DNA of 64,000 nt from Candidatus Latescibacterota bacterium (GTDB lineage: Bacteria; Latescibacterota; UBA2968; UBA8231). The notes beneath the pieces are model-generated. The model saw nothing but the letters and a program-made list of their open reading frames with translations, searched no databases and had not been told where the DNA came from. The first letter of the stretch is position 1, and every line of letters begins with the position of its first letter. Shown here one piece after another: positions 31,579-42,015 of this stretch. Where the stretch lies: positions 3,552,001 to 3,616,000 of the forward strand of contig OZ241362.1 in assembly GCA_965200315.1 (NCBI GenBank), given 5' to 3'. Both the position numbers and the translations under genes were made by a program.

Positions 31579-32355
31579 TCAGAAAGCCGTCGGCCGGCCC
31601 TGCGCCCCATCCACCGGGATCATCGCTCCATTGATCCAGTTGGCGCGCTCAGACACCAAAAACGCCACCACATCCGCCACCTCTTCTGGGGTCCCCAAGC
31701 GGCCGGCGGGAAACTCCCGTTCCACAAACTGGGTAAAGTGCTCGGGCTGCTCCTCCTGAAAACGCGCCCACCCACCGCCGGGGAAAAATATCGACCCCGG
31801 CGCGACCGCATTGACCCGCACCCCGCATTCTGCTAACTCCAACGCCAGCGCACCGGCGAGAAAAATCTCCGCGGCCTTCGCGCTTCCGTATTGAGACTTA
31901 GGCCCAGGCTTCCACCCTGAGATCGACGCGACGATCACCACCGCGCCGCCACCGCGTTGCCGCATGTAGGGCAGCGCCGCCCGCGTCGTGCGCACGGCAT
32001 GAAACACGTTTAGGTCAAAGGTTTCCTCCCAGTCCTCGTCATCGGTTTCAAGCAGGCTCTGTTCGCCAGCCGCTCCGCCCACGTTGTTGACCAAGATGTC
32101 GACGCCGCCCCACTCGGCTGCACAGCGTGCGACAACCGCTTCCACCGCCGACCGCGAGCGCACATCGGCGACTTCGGCAATGGCTTCGGCCCCAGTGGCC
32201 CGCACCTGCTGTAATGCGCGTTCGAGCGGCTCTGGGTCGCGGGCGCAAATCGCCACCTTGCACCCTTCGTTGGCCAGCGCCAACGCAATCGCCCGGCCAA
32301 TCCCCCGGCTTCCTCCAGTTATCAGCGCAATTTTGTCTTTCAGTCCTAGATCCAT
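31579..32355 (-). CDS. SDR family oxidoreductase
   Basis: TGGSRGIG, NNVG, YxxxK, PG; AAGGAGG SD. Confidence 0.92.
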   Translation of the reverse strand: MDLGLKDKIALITGGSRGIGRAIALALANEGCKVAICARDPEPLERALQQVRATGAEAIAEVADVRSRSAVEAVVARCAAEWGGVDILVNNVGGAAGEQSLLETDDEDWEETFDLNVFHAVRTTRAALPYMRQRGGGAVVIVASISGWKPGPKSQYGSAKAAEIFLAGALALELAECGVRVNAVAPGSIFFPGGGWARFQEEQPEHFTQFVEREFPAGRLGTPEEVADVVAFLVSERANWINGAMIPVDGAQGRPTAF

Positions 32356-32356
32356 A

Positions 32357-33505
32357 TTACGGACCTCCTTTGTCAAAACGGGAAAGGCGCAGGAATTCGA
32401 TGGGATGTTTGGTATCGCCTTCCAGTGCCAATTCAGCCAAAATTTCGCCCACTACCGGAGCAAATTTGAAGCCGTGGCCGGAAAAACCCGCCCCGAGCAC
32501 CACGGCCGGGCATTCGGGATGGATGTCCAAGACAAAGTGCTTATCCGGCGTCAGCGAATACATACAGGCAGCGTGTTTGCTCAGCTCGGGTTGCAGTGCG
32601 GGAAAAAATCGCGCTAGAAAATCGAGGACGAGGGGCTGATCGCCGGCGGTCAATGCGCGGTCGAGTTGGAGCGGGTCGGCTACCGGGGCGTGCGACACAT
32701 TGTGCTCGGCTAACTTGAGACCCCACGGCTCTTCCGCGGGAAAACCATAGAAATACTGTTCGCCGTCAGCGATGAAGAAGCAGGGAAACGCGCCGCGTGT
32801 GTACTGCTCCACGCCGCGCCCTTGGTACCACAACTGCACCTTGCGCACTACGCGGGCTGCCACGCCCAGCCGGCATAGCTCCGGCACCGCCCAAGCTCCA
32901 GTCGCCAGCACCAGCCGCGTGGCGAGCAAGCACCGTCGCTCGGTCTCCACTACCACACCTCCACCCTCGCGCCGCCACGACCGCATGGCCTCCCCAGCGT
33001 AGAGCTTTGCGCCGTGCTTCTGAGCCAATGCAACGTGCTGACGGACGCAGTCCTCGACTCGGAGAAAACCGCCTAGGGGATCGTAAAAGCCACTCCATTC
33101 CGCCGGCAAGGCCAAGCTAGGGTAGCGGGCGGCAATGGCTGCCGCAGCGAGCTGTTCGTGCGGCAGGTCGTGCGCCTGATAACAAGCTGCTTGTCCCTGC
33201 ATCGCCTCCGCGTTGGGATCGCCCGCCACCAGCAGCCCAACGCGGGCAAAAAGTTCCCCGGCCTCTTCGGCCTCTAGCTCCTCCCATAGCGCGTAGGCCC
33301 GGTGCAACAGGGGCACGTAGTCGGGATGTTCCATATAGGCTTTGCGAATGATGCGGGTATCTCCGTGCGAAGAGCCCCGGTCGTGGGCTATGCCAAAGCG
33401 CTCTACGGCGCAGGTACGCACGCCACGGCGCGCTAAGTGGTACAGCGCGGCACTGCCCATGCCGCCGGCCCCGGCGACGACGACATCGTATTGTTCTGTG
33501 ATCAT
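32357..33505 (-). CDS. solA: N-methyl-L-tryptophan/monomeric sarcosine oxidase
   Basis: GAGGMG, GSSHGDTRIIR, CMY, GFSGHGFKF. Confidence 0.88.
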   Translation of the reverse strand: MITEQYDVVVAGAGGMGSAALYHLARRGVRTCAVERFGIAHDRGSSHGDTRIIRKAYMEHPDYVPLLHRAYALWEELEAEEAGELFARVGLLVAGDPNAEAMQGQAACYQAHDLPHEQLAAAAIAARYPSLALPAEWSGFYDPLGGFLRVEDCVRQHVALAQKHGAKLYAGEAMRSWRREGGGVVVETERRCLLATRLVLATGAWAVPELCRLGVAARVVRKVQLWYQGRGVEQYTRGAFPCFFIADGEQYFYGFPAEEPWGLKLAEHNVSHAPVADPLQLDRALTAGDQPLVLDFLARFFPALQPELSKHAACMYSLTPDKHFVLDIHPECPAVVLGAGFSGHGFKFAPVVGEILAELALEGDTKHPIEFLRLSRFDKGGP

Positions 33506-33653
33506 TAGCGATTTATACCTCCTATCGAATCCGGGCCTTGATGTAAACTTCAAACTTCAAACTTCCCCCATCGCCCGCAACCCACAACTTGACGCTGCTA
33601 GTTCCAACCGCGATACTTTTTGGCTAAAATCAACTCCAACTCAAGGCCTAGCC

Positions 33654-34217
33654 GTGCGCATTGTCACTGGCACCTATCGCGGTCGGCAGATTCCCTCCGG
33701 GCGACGCCTGCGCCAGACCCGCCTCACTTCCACGCGCCTCAAAGAAGCCGTATTCTCCATGCTCGGCCCCAACCTGAAGGGCCGCACCTTCCTCGACTTG
33801 TGTGCTGGTTCGGGCCAGATGGGGCTTGAAGCGCTGAGCCGCGGCGCGAGCGTCGAGCTCAACGAGCCAGATCACCGGCGGCGGCGGCAGATCCGCTCGC
33901 TGCTCTACCAATGGAGGGCTGGCGTCGCCGGCCTGCACTCGGTCAAAGCCCAACACCTCATCCCCCAATTGGCGGCGGCCGGCCGCCGCTTCGACATCGT
34001 GTACGCCGATCCCCCGTACCACGCCTGCTACTGCGGCGCCCCGCTCCTGCTCGGCCTCATCGAAGCCTTCGGGGAATCTCCGCTCCTTAACGACGAGGGC
34101 CTGCTGTTCGTGCAGCACCAAATCGACCTAGATGTGCCCGAGCAGAGCGGCCACCTCGTACGCACTCAGCAGCGAGCCTACGGCAACACCACCCTCAGCA
34201 TCTATCGCCTCAGCTAA
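33654..34217 (+). CDS. rsmD: 16S rRNA m2G966 methyltransferase RsmD family
   Basis: RIVTG..RGR, LDLCAGSG.MGLEALSRGA, DPPY, YG.T. Confidence 0.85.
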   Translation: MRIVTGTYRGRQIPSGRRLRQTRLTSTRLKEAVFSMLGPNLKGRTFLDLCAGSGQMGLEALSRGASVELNEPDHRRRRQIRSLLYQWRAGVAGLHSVKAQHLIPQLAAAGRRFDIVYADPPYHACYCGAPLLLGLIEAFGESPLLNDEGLLFVQHQIDLDVPEQSGHLVRTQQRAYGNTTLSIYRLS

Positions 34218-34221
34218 TCCC

Positions 34222-35319
34222 ATGAAAATCACCCACGTTGAAGCCATACCCGTGCGCGTACCCCGACCGCAGCCGTTCCAAAGCAGCCTCGGCACGCACC
34301 AAGCCTCTGAAAACGCCGTCGTCTTGATCCACACCGACGTCGGCCTCACCGGCCTCGGCGAAGCCTCCAGTATCTGGGACCGCCGCGGACGCGGGGAAAG
34401 CGAAGCCATCAACGGGTTGCTCGCCGATATGCTCTGCGGCCTAGATCCGCGCCGCATCCGCGAGATCGCCGACCGCATGAGTCAAGCCTTGCACCGCTCC
34501 TTCCCGGCCAAGGCCGGCATTGAAATGGCCCTCTACGACTTGGTCGGCAAAGCCTGCGACGTGCCCGTTTACCAACTGCTGGGTGGCCTAGTCCGCGACC
34601 GCGTGCTGCTGAGTCATTCGCTGTCCATGGGCGACCCCGCAGCCATCGCCGCCCAAGCCCAGAGCCTAGTGGCGCAAGGATACAAGACCCTCAAGGCCAA
34701 GATCGGGCGGGATCTTCGCGCCGACCTAGCCGTGCTTGCAGCCGTGCGCAGCGCGGTCGGTAGCGAGATTGTACTGCGCGTAGATGCCAACATGGGCTGG
34801 TCCTCCGCCAAGGAAGCCGTGCGCTGTATCGAGGCCATCGCGGATTTTGACTTGGAACTGGTCGAGCAACCCTTAGCAGCCGACGACTTAGAGGGATTGC
34901 GCTTTGTCCGCGAGCGCGTCTCGCTGCCCATCATGGCCGACGAGAGCGTTTGGACGCCGGCCGACGCCCTCAATTGCGTCCGCCACCAAGCCGTCGATGT
35001 CTTCAACGTGTACGTGTCGGAAGCCGGCGGCTTGGGGGCGGCCGCACGTATCTTCGCCATTGCCGAAGCGGCGCGCCTGCCCTGTATCATCGGCAGTATG
35101 CCCGAGTTGGGGATCGGCACGGCGGCCCAAGCCCACCTCGCGTTTGCCATGCCCAACTTGGGCTATGCCAGCGACGTGAACGGCTGCGTCTATCACAGCG
35201 GCGACGTCATCCGCGAAAAGCTGCCTATCGCCGACGGGTACATTCTCCCGCCAGCCGGCCCGGGCCTCGGCGTCAGCCTCGACGAGGCCGCACTCGCAGA
35301 GTACCGCTGCGATCGCTGA
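34222..35319 (+). CDS. muconate cycloisomerase/mandelate racemase family enzyme
   Basis: KAKIG, VDAN, EQP, DES, GPGLGV. Confidence 0.88.
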   Translation: MKITHVEAIPVRVPRPQPFQSSLGTHQASENAVVLIHTDVGLTGLGEASSIWDRRGRGESEAINGLLADMLCGLDPRRIREIADRMSQALHRSFPAKAGIEMALYDLVGKACDVPVYQLLGGLVRDRVLLSHSLSMGDPAAIAAQAQSLVAQGYKTLKAKIGRDLRADLAVLAAVRSAVGSEIVLRVDANMGWSSAKEAVRCIEAIADFDLELVEQPLAADDLEGLRFVRERVSLPIMADESVWTPADALNCVRHQAVDVFNVYVSEAGGLGAAARIFAIAEAARLPCIIGSMPELGIGTAAQAHLAFAMPNLGYASDVNGCVYHSGDVIREKLPIADGYILPPAGPGLGVSLDEAALAEYRCDR

Positions 35320-36071
35320 TGCGCTTCCGGCCCTGTATCGACCTGCACGAGGGGCACGTCAAGCAGATCGTCGGCACCAGCCTACGCGACGGCAGCACCC
35401 CCCAAACCCACTTTATCGCCCCCCATCCACCTGATTACTTTGCGGTGCGCTATGGCCGCGACCAGCTCTTCGGCGGCCACGTCATCATGCTCGGCCCGGG
35501 CAACGAGGACGCGGCCGCACAGGCGTTGGCCGCTTTTCCCGGGGGCTTGCAAATAGGCGGCGGCATCCGCCCAAACAACGCGGCGGCTTGGCTCAATCGC
35601 GGTGCCGCGCAGGTTATTGTCACTTCCTATGTCTTTAGCGACGGCCAACTCCACCACAACCGACTGGCACAAATGGTTGCTACGGTGGGACGCGAGCGGC
35701 TGGTCTTGGACCTTAGTTGCAGCAACCGCGATGGGCGCTACGTGGTGATGACCGACCGCTGGCAAAAGGCCACGGACTTTGCAATCAGCGCGGACAACTT
35801 GGCACTCCTCGCCGAGTCTTGCCGCGAATTCCTCATTCACGCCACCGGGGTCGAGGGCAAACAACAGGGAGTCGATGCCGAACTCGTCGCGCTCTTGGGC
35901 GAGATCGCGCCCATCCCGACGACGTATGCCGGTGGCGTGTGCAGCACCGAGGACATCGAGATTCTCCGCAAGCTCGGCCAAGGGAAATTGGATTTTACGG
36001 TGGGAGCAGCGCTGGATATTTTCGGCGGTACGGGATTGCGCTACGAAGATATGGTACTGATTAGCGGTTAG
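35319..36071 (+). CDS. hisA: ProFAR isomerase, His6 (eukaryote-like) type
   Basis: FRPCIDLH.G.VKQIVG, GGHVIMLG, LQIGGGI, TSYVF, VEGK. Confidence 0.88.
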   Translation: MRFRPCIDLHEGHVKQIVGTSLRDGSTPQTHFIAPHPPDYFAVRYGRDQLFGGHVIMLGPGNEDAAAQALAAFPGGLQIGGGIRPNNAAAWLNRGAAQVIVTSYVFSDGQLHHNRLAQMVATVGRERLVLDLSCSNRDGRYVVMTDRWQKATDFAISADNLALLAESCREFLIHATGVEGKQQGVDAELVALLGEIAPIPTTYAGGVCSTEDIEILRKLGQGKLDFTVGAALDIFGGTGLRYEDMVLISG

Positions 36072-37405
36072 TGCCCCGACAGCTTAAACAGATTGACCGC
36101 CGTAAAGTTGATGATGGCCCAGATCGTAAATAGCAGGGATATCTCGGTCTTCAGCGCCATCCGCTCGTCTTTGGGCACCCGCATGGCCAAGTGCAGCACG
36201 GCATAGGCCATGGGGATGAGCAACAGATTGTTGGCATTGGCCCCTTTGAGCACAAAGTCGAGGGTGCGCGGGTCGAACAATATGAACAGCAGCCACCCAA
36301 ACGGGAAAGCGATTTGGAAAATGCGGATCCAGCGGCGGTATCCCTCTTCTTCGGCCAGCGCGCTCACCCTTAGTTGCCGCAAAAAGTCAGCGCCGATCCG
36401 CCCCGAAGAAGCGGCAAATACCAGCAGCGTGGAAAAGAGCGTACAAAATCCCCCGAACATGAAGATGTAGTAAGCCCAGCCGCCGATGCTCTCGGTGAAA
36501 ATCAACGAGACCTGTTCGACGACCTTCATGCCTTCGGGCAAGACTTGTAGCTGATTGAGCACCGACGCACCCAGCAGGTAATACGCACACGTGACCACCA
36601 GCGCGATGCCCGTACACACGCCCGCATCGGTGATCAAGACCCGCATCCAGCCCCGGTATCGCGCCTGCCATTCCGGGCTATCGTCTTTTGGCCCGACGAA
36701 ATCCGGGTAGCCTTTTTCCACGATCCAATAGGGATACATGAAAAGCTCGACTGCGGTCGCGCCGACCGATCCCATCACCGCCAAAGCTACAAACGCGCCT
36801 TCGCTTGGCATGGCAAAGCGGAAGCCCGAGGCGATTTGCGCGCTGCTGATTGCGTAGCTCGTGCCTTGCAATGCGAGCACCGAGCCGATTACTACTAGGC
36901 TGAAGGTCGCCACCAGCGCGGCGACCATTTTCTCCAAGTCGCCGTATAGCCCCCGCCACAGCAAAACCGACATGGCGAGGAACAGGACTACCGCCCACAC
37001 CTGTTCGGACGCAAAGGGAAAAACCGTGCCCATCAGCCCAGCCACCGATCCCAAGATGCCGATGACGGCCACCGTCACCGAGAAGTAGCCCACCACGCAG
37101 AGCCACGCGATCCACGAGGTGCCGCGCCAGCGCACGCCCGGCACTTGGTCGAGGATTTGCACGGTACTGCTCTTGCGCAACAGGCACTGCCGACCCAATT
37201 CGAGCTGAATCACAAACTTGACCAAACAGGCCAAGATCACGCCCCAGAGAAAGACAAAGCCGACCTCGGCTCCCATCCGCGTCGTCACCAACAACTCGCC
37301 TGAGCCGACCACCGACCCCGAGACAACGACGCCGGGGCCGATATTGCGTAAGAGGCCGCCGAGATGGGTGGGGGCCTCGCGGATGTTGCTTTGTGCGCTG
37401 TTCAT
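36068..37405 (-). CDS. Nramp-like transporter family protein
   Basis: GPG......VGSGEL N-terminus, about 11 TM segments, LFST. Confidence 0.8.
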   Translation of the reverse strand: MNSAQSNIREAPTHLGGLLRNIGPGVVVSGSVVGSGELLVTTRMGAEVGFVFLWGVILACLVKFVIQLELGRQCLLRKSSTVQILDQVPGVRWRGTSWIAWLCVVGYFSVTVAVIGILGSVAGLMGTVFPFASEQVWAVVLFLAMSVLLWRGLYGDLEKMVAALVATFSLVVIGSVLALQGTSYAISSAQIASGFRFAMPSEGAFVALAVMGSVGATAVELFMYPYWIVEKGYPDFVGPKDDSPEWQARYRGWMRVLITDAGVCTGIALVVTCAYYLLGASVLNQLQVLPEGMKVVEQVSLIFTESIGGWAYYIFMFGGFCTLFSTLLVFAASSGRIGADFLRQLRVSALAEEEGYRRWIRIFQIAFPFGWLLFILFDPRTLDFVLKGANANNLLLIPMAYAVLHLAMRVPKDERMALKTEISLLFTIWAIINFTAVNLFKLSGH

Positions 37406-37638
37406 ACATGCACTCCATTTTGTCGTCTGGGGACGCAGTCAAGCGGCTTTAAGATAGGAACTCAGGCCGAAGATGCGAAAGGTCCCGCGGCTCCGATTGA
37501 TGTAGGGTAGATGCGCAACATCTATTAATGATCTTCGCATGGCCTCGCGCTATGGCTATCTATTGAGGCGCATTTACCAAAAGCAACTGCGAATTATCCC
37601 CTTTCATTCATTAAAAGAGAGGAGAGGTCGCCATCTCC

Positions 37639-38120
37639 TTGGAGAAAAAGTTTCAGTATTACCTTGACCGTCAAGCGGAGCTAGCCGAACAACACGAGGG
37701 CAAGAGCCTCGTAATCAAGGGCGAGCAAGTGATTGGGGCGTATGACGATGAGGATGTGGCTGTCAAGACGACGAGCGAAGAGTATGAACTGGGCACTTTT
37801 TTGGTTCGGGAATGAGCCGTTTGAGGAGCCGAACTTGGCGTTTTCAGACGGCTTCTTAAGCCCATCTGTGTAGTGCAAGTGCAAGGTCCTTATGAGACCA
37901 AACTTGCAAGGGTATATCCTCTACATGTTACATTGCCCAATGATATAGGACTTAAATTGAGAGTAATAGAAGCCAACAACTTAGGCCCCGATGGCGATGT
38001 TCTGATCGGCATGGATGTAATCACGTTAGGCGATTTTGCAGTCAGTACTTATGAATAGAAAACAGCTTTCACATTTCGGATGCCTTCACAGAGAAAAATA
38101 GACTTCTTGCCTCCAGAGCA
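37639..38120 (+). pseudogene. DUF5678-like small ORF (37639-37815) plus truncated aspartyl-protease-like gene
   Basis: LEKKFQYYLDRQAEL..HEGKSLVIKGEQVIGAYDD; DVLIGMDVITLGDFAVS interrupted by TAG before KTAFTFRMPS; catalytic N-terminus missing. Confidence 0.6.
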
Positions 38121-38224
38121 ACGCCATCTTGCCCAAGCACCCATTGGCGACTCACTCACGCATACAGCAGCATCCATGCGATAAAACCCGTTTTCAGCAA
38201 CAAAAAGCACAGAATACATAAATC

Positions 38225-38428
38225 TCAAAGCTCCGATTCTTCAATATCGGCATCTCTCATTATCGCTCGTTGAAGCCCAAAGTTCATCGTCTTGTTTCCG
38301 TGAACGGGAACAGAAATGTTATTATATCCTGTTTTTGCAAAGATATAATGACTTCCTGAGACTCTTTTCAAACTCCAACCTGTACGTCTGAGCACCTCGC
38401 ACATTTTCTTACCGGATATCGACTTCAC
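38225..38428 (-). CDS. hicA: HicA family toxin
   Basis: GW...RVSGSHYIF, SVPVHG. Confidence 0.85.
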   Translation of the reverse strand: MKSISGKKMCEVLRRTGWSLKRVSGSHYIFAKTGYNNISVPVHGNKTMNFGLQRAIMRDADIEESEL

Positions 38429-38648
38429 GCACGGGGCTTCCTTCGATTTTGTCGGGAAGGCACTCGTCTTCTTCGAGAACTTCTAGGTAGAGTTCTGCAA
38501 CCTCGTACATATTTTTTATCAACTCATCAATCGTATCACCCTCCGTGCGACAGCCAGGCATTTCGAGAATTTGCGCCCAGTAACTTCCATACTCAGCGTG
38601 AATCTGAACAGTGAACTCTCGATCTTTGATACGAATCGTTTTTTTCAT
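38409..38648 (-). CDS. hicB: HicB family antitoxin (short form)
   Basis: YWAQI.EMPGC.TEGDTIDEL..N..EV.ELYLE. Confidence 0.85.
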   Translation of the reverse strand: MKKTIRIKDREFTVQIHAEYGSYWAQILEMPGCRTEGDTIDELIKNMYEVAELYLEVLEEDECLPDKIEGSPVREVDIR

Positions 38649-38796
38649 CGCGACCTCCCTACCTTATGAAGCGAATGAGTACGGCCTTTCGAGAATATGC
38701 AACGGTTTTAACCGATATACAATGACAGCCGCTCTATCGCCTGCTGCCGGGTCGCCTCTACCGGGCCAAAACGGGCTGTTCGCGGCAAGACGCCCT

Positions 38797-39615
38797 TCAA
38801 AAACCAGCCACAATCCCCCGCAGCCCCTCGGCATATTGCCCCAGCACCGCATCGGCCCGATCCCCGCTGCCGCGCTTATGGATCACTTCCACCGAGCAAT
38901 ACCCAGCAAATCCAGCCTTCGCGAGTAGGCGCAGCGGCTCGGCGTGATCGAAGACGCCCGCGCCCAGCACATCGCTGACCTGCACCCTGCCATCGACGAT
39001 TGTCCCGTCGTGGGCGTGGATGTGGCGCGTATGCGCACCCAGCATCTCGAAGCTCTCGGCCGGCCCTTCCAGCACCCGCTGCGTGTGCATAAAATCCCAC
39101 AGCACTTGCAAATTCGGATGCCCGGCCCGCTCGACAACCGCGCGCACCGGAGCCGAGCAGCACCAATCGTCGTGCGTTTCCAGCAGCACCGTCACGCCGC
39201 GTCCAGCCGCCGTAGGCAACACCTGCGCAAAGCCCTCCACCACGTAATCGACGACCGCAGTCCACTCGCGGCTCCGGTCGCGCTGGCCGCCGAAAACCCG
39301 CACCAAGCCACAGCCCAAATCAGCCGCTAGGTCAATGTACTTTTTCACATCCTCCACGTGCCCAGCCCGCTCCGCCGCGTCGGGCGCGGCCATCCGCGCA
39401 CCCGTAGCAATGCAGCAGATAGCTAGCCCCTCGTCCTCCATCCGTCGGCGAATGTCTCGCCGCTCTTTGGCCGCCAGCGCAGCCTCAATGCCGCAGGCGT
39501 GATCCCACTCGACTCGCGGCTCAAACCCCTGATAGCCGTGCCGCTTCATGCCGGCTACTACTTCGTCCAAGGTCCAGTCTGGACACGCGCTGCTCATAGT
39601 CGCCAATTTGATCAT
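38797..39615 (-). CDS. sugar phosphate isomerase/epimerase (AP endonuclease 2 TIM barrel)
   Basis: RVFGG, LETHD, WD..H, H.HD, S.E. Confidence 0.85.
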   Translation of the reverse strand: MIKLATMSSACPDWTLDEVVAGMKRHGYQGFEPRVEWDHACGIEAALAAKERRDIRRRMEDEGLAICCIATGARMAAPDAAERAGHVEDVKKYIDLAADLGCGLVRVFGGQRDRSREWTAVVDYVVEGFAQVLPTAAGRGVTVLLETHDDWCCSAPVRAVVERAGHPNLQVLWDFMHTQRVLEGPAESFEMLGAHTRHIHAHDGTIVDGRVQVSDVLGAGVFDHAEPLRLLAKAGFAGYCSVEVIHKRGSGDRADAVLGQYAEGLRGIVAGF

Positions 39616-39626
39616 AATTCCTCTAC

Positions 39627-39670
39627 TGTGATTAGTGTGATTGGTGTGATTGGTGTGATTGGTGTGATGG
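39627..39670. repeat. 9-bp tandem repeat (TGTGATTGG) about 5 copies
   Basis: TGTGATTAG TGTGATTGG TGTGATTGG TGTGATTGG TGTGATGG in the divergent intergenic region. Confidence 0.9.
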
Positions 39671-39735
39671 ACAGGATAGATGGGATTGTATTGTTTTACA
39701 ACATCCCACGTCAAACGCCCTCAATTGAGGCTCTC

Positions 39736-40725
39736 ATGCAAATCGGCACCACCCTCACTCGCTTCATCATTGAAGAAGAGCGGCAGCACCCCGAGGCTAC
39801 CGGCGAATTCACCGGCCTGCTCACCGATCTGACCAGCGCGGCCAAAATCATCTCCCGCGACGTGAATAAGGCCGGCCTCGCCGAAGTAATGGGCATCACC
39901 GGCCGCACCAACGTCCACGGCGAAGAGGTGCAAAAGCTCGATGAGTTCGCCAACTTAGTCGTCATCCGCACCACCGACCACACCGGGCGGTTGGCCGGTA
40001 TGGCTTCCGAAGAGATGGACGACATTTACCCCATCCCGGAAAGACGCCCGCGCGGCAACTACATCCTCGTCTTCGATCCGGTTGATGGCTCGTCCAATAT
40101 AGACGTGAACGTCTCCATCGGCACCATCTTCTCCATCTATCGCAAGAAAAGCACTGACAGCGTAACCCTCACAGATTTCCTCCGCTGCGGCCATGAGCAA
40201 GTCTGCGCCGGTTACATCATCTACGGCTCCAGCACCATGCTGGTCTATACCACCGGCAGCGGTAGCCACGGCTTTACCCTCGACCCAAGCCTCGGCGAAT
40301 TCCTGCTCTCCCACGAGCACATCCAGATCCCAGCGCGCGGCCAGTACTACAGCGCCAATGAGGGCAACTACCTCAAATGGGACGCACCGGTGCGCCGCTT
40401 TGTCGATCAGCTCAAGAAAGGTCCACAATCCTACTCGGCGCGCTACATCGGCTCGCTCGTGGCCGACTTTCACCGCAACCTGCTCAAGGGCGGCATCTTC
40501 TTCTACCCCGGCGACAGCAAGGTGCCTAGCGGCAAGCTGCGGCTCTTGTATGAAGCTGCTCCCCTCGCCTTTGTCGTCGATCAAGCCGGCGGCAGAGCCT
40601 CCAACGGAACCCAGCCGATCATGGACTTGCAAGCGACCGAGCTACACCAACGGACGCCGCTGTTCATCGGCAGCCGAGACGATGTAGCTACGCTGGAGGA
40701 ATTCGTGCGCGGCGAGCGGGCGTGA
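39736..40725 (+). CDS. fbp: class 1 fructose-1,6-bisphosphatase
   Basis: [35 protein letters not shown]. Confidence 0.95.
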   Translation: MQIGTTLTRFIIEEERQHPEATGEFTGLLTDLTSAAKIISRDVNKAGLAEVMGITGRTNVHGEEVQKLDEFANLVVIRTTDHTGRLAGMASEEMDDIYPIPERRPRGNYILVFDPVDGSSNIDVNVSIGTIFSIYRKKSTDSVTLTDFLRCGHEQVCAGYIIYGSSTMLVYTTGSGSHGFTLDPSLGEFLLSHEHIQIPARGQYYSANEGNYLKWDAPVRRFVDQLKKGPQSYSARYIGSLVADFHRNLLKGGIFFYPGDSKVPSGKLRLLYEAAPLAFVVDQAGGRASNGTQPIMDLQATELHQRTPLFIGSRDDVATLEEFVRGERA

Positions 40726-40795
40726 GCAGGCGATGCTGGGCGAAAAGCGAAAGCCGAGGGCGTAAGGCGACCAACGGATCAGCCGCTCTCCAATA

Positions 40796-41364
40796 CTAGC
40801 AAGGCGTACAGCCGCTCTCGTTTTGCAGCTTGGTGCTGCGCGGTTCGCAGTCGATCACCTCACCGCGGCAATCGAGCGCAACGGCACAGCAACTCAGTAT
40901 CGCCTGCTTCAGCTTGGAACGACCGCGTTGTACGCGGGATTTCATACCGGAAGTGGAAAGACCGAGGCGAGCCGCCGCTTCTGTTTGCTTGAGACCTGCG
41001 ATGTCTGTGAGCAGCAACGCTTCCGCATAAGGTTGCGGCAGGTTGCGGATAACAGGCGTCATACACGCGGCGATTTCCCTCGCATTGCCGGACGCACCAC
41101 CGTTCTGCTCAATTTCCGCAGCATATTGTGCCAACGCCCGTGCCTCCGCAGCGCGGCGACGATGGTGATCAGCGATCGCGTTGGCAGCAACGCGGAACAC
41201 CCAAGCGACCGGCTCATCAGCAACGGCGAGCTGGTCCCGACGGCGGGTGAGCAGCAGCAGGTCGCCTACAACGTCGTCCACTGCGCTCGCTTCGACGCGA
41301 CGCCCCACATAAGCGCACAAACTCGTCTGGAAATCCCGCCAATTGTCTTGGCCGAGGTACTCAT
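40796..41364 (-). CDS. SigZ-type ECF sigma factor, possible 5' frameshift
   Basis: W.F...L..YV.RRV, KSRVQRGR.KL, CC..LD.RG..IDC; the coupled ATG at 41364 is out of frame. Confidence 0.7.
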
Positions 41365-41780
41365 GCACAGCAGCTATCTTTTTCATCAGAATCGCACGGG
41401 GAGCAGGCACTTTGTGCTGGCTTGTCATCAAGGATGCGATACCACTCCCAACACAAGCCTTGGGGATCGCTCGACCAGACCTTGTTCTGAGTCGCGTGGC
41501 AACAAGTTTCGTTCCGTTGCACTTGGGTCAAAATGCCCGCATGCCGCAGTCGTTGCTCGGCATCGCTCACCTCGGCTTCTGTAAACGCTTCGACGCCTAG
41601 ATGGTTGAGGCGTTCTGCCGCCTCTGGATTCTCAAATAGCACCAACTTCAACGGCGGTTGATCGAGGGCAAAGTTGGCATAACCGGGATGCCGTTTGTGA
41701 GGCTTGGCGTTGAAAAGTTCACCGTAATAAGCGACAGCTTCATCCAAATCGCGGACGTTCAGGGCCAATTGCAAACGCAT
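41361..41780 (-). CDS. ArsI/CadI family VOC metalloenzyme
   Basis: QLALNV.DL, GYANF, LNHLG, TCCHA.Q.KVW..DP.G..WE.Y. Confidence 0.88.
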   Translation of the reverse strand: MRLQLALNVRDLDEAVAYYGELFNAKPHKRHPGYANFALDQPPLKLVLFENPEAAERLNHLGVEAFTEAEVSDAEQRLRHAGILTQVQRNETCCHATQNKVWSSDPQGLCWEWYRILDDKPAQSACSPCDSDEKDSCCA

Positions 41781-42015
41781 GACTTGCTCCTTTCATATAG
41801 CTAATCCTACATCATTACATAAGACAATCCGCATAAGGACGCAGCATAGTAGAAACAAGACACGAACTACCAACCACTGACCACGCTTCAGACCAAGTGC
41901 GGAACGTCAGCTAGCAAGACGCAAGCGGCCAGAAAAGGACGCAAAAAATTGCGGTAGCTCACTCCCACGACAGGAACTTGCCACATAGAACCATATCCGT
42001 TACCTATTGCGGGAA

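Noticed and set aside
34950-35318. N-terminal extension of hisA, and similar extensions of rsmD, fbp, troC, troD and the PcfJ-like gene
   Set aside because: Arg/Pro-rich read-through of overlapping frames; family motifs begin at downstream starts
39616-39714. HTNHTNHTN repeat as a His-rich protein N-terminus
   Set aside because: Produced by translating the intergenic 9-bp repeat; an SD-like AGAGG precedes the ATG at 39615
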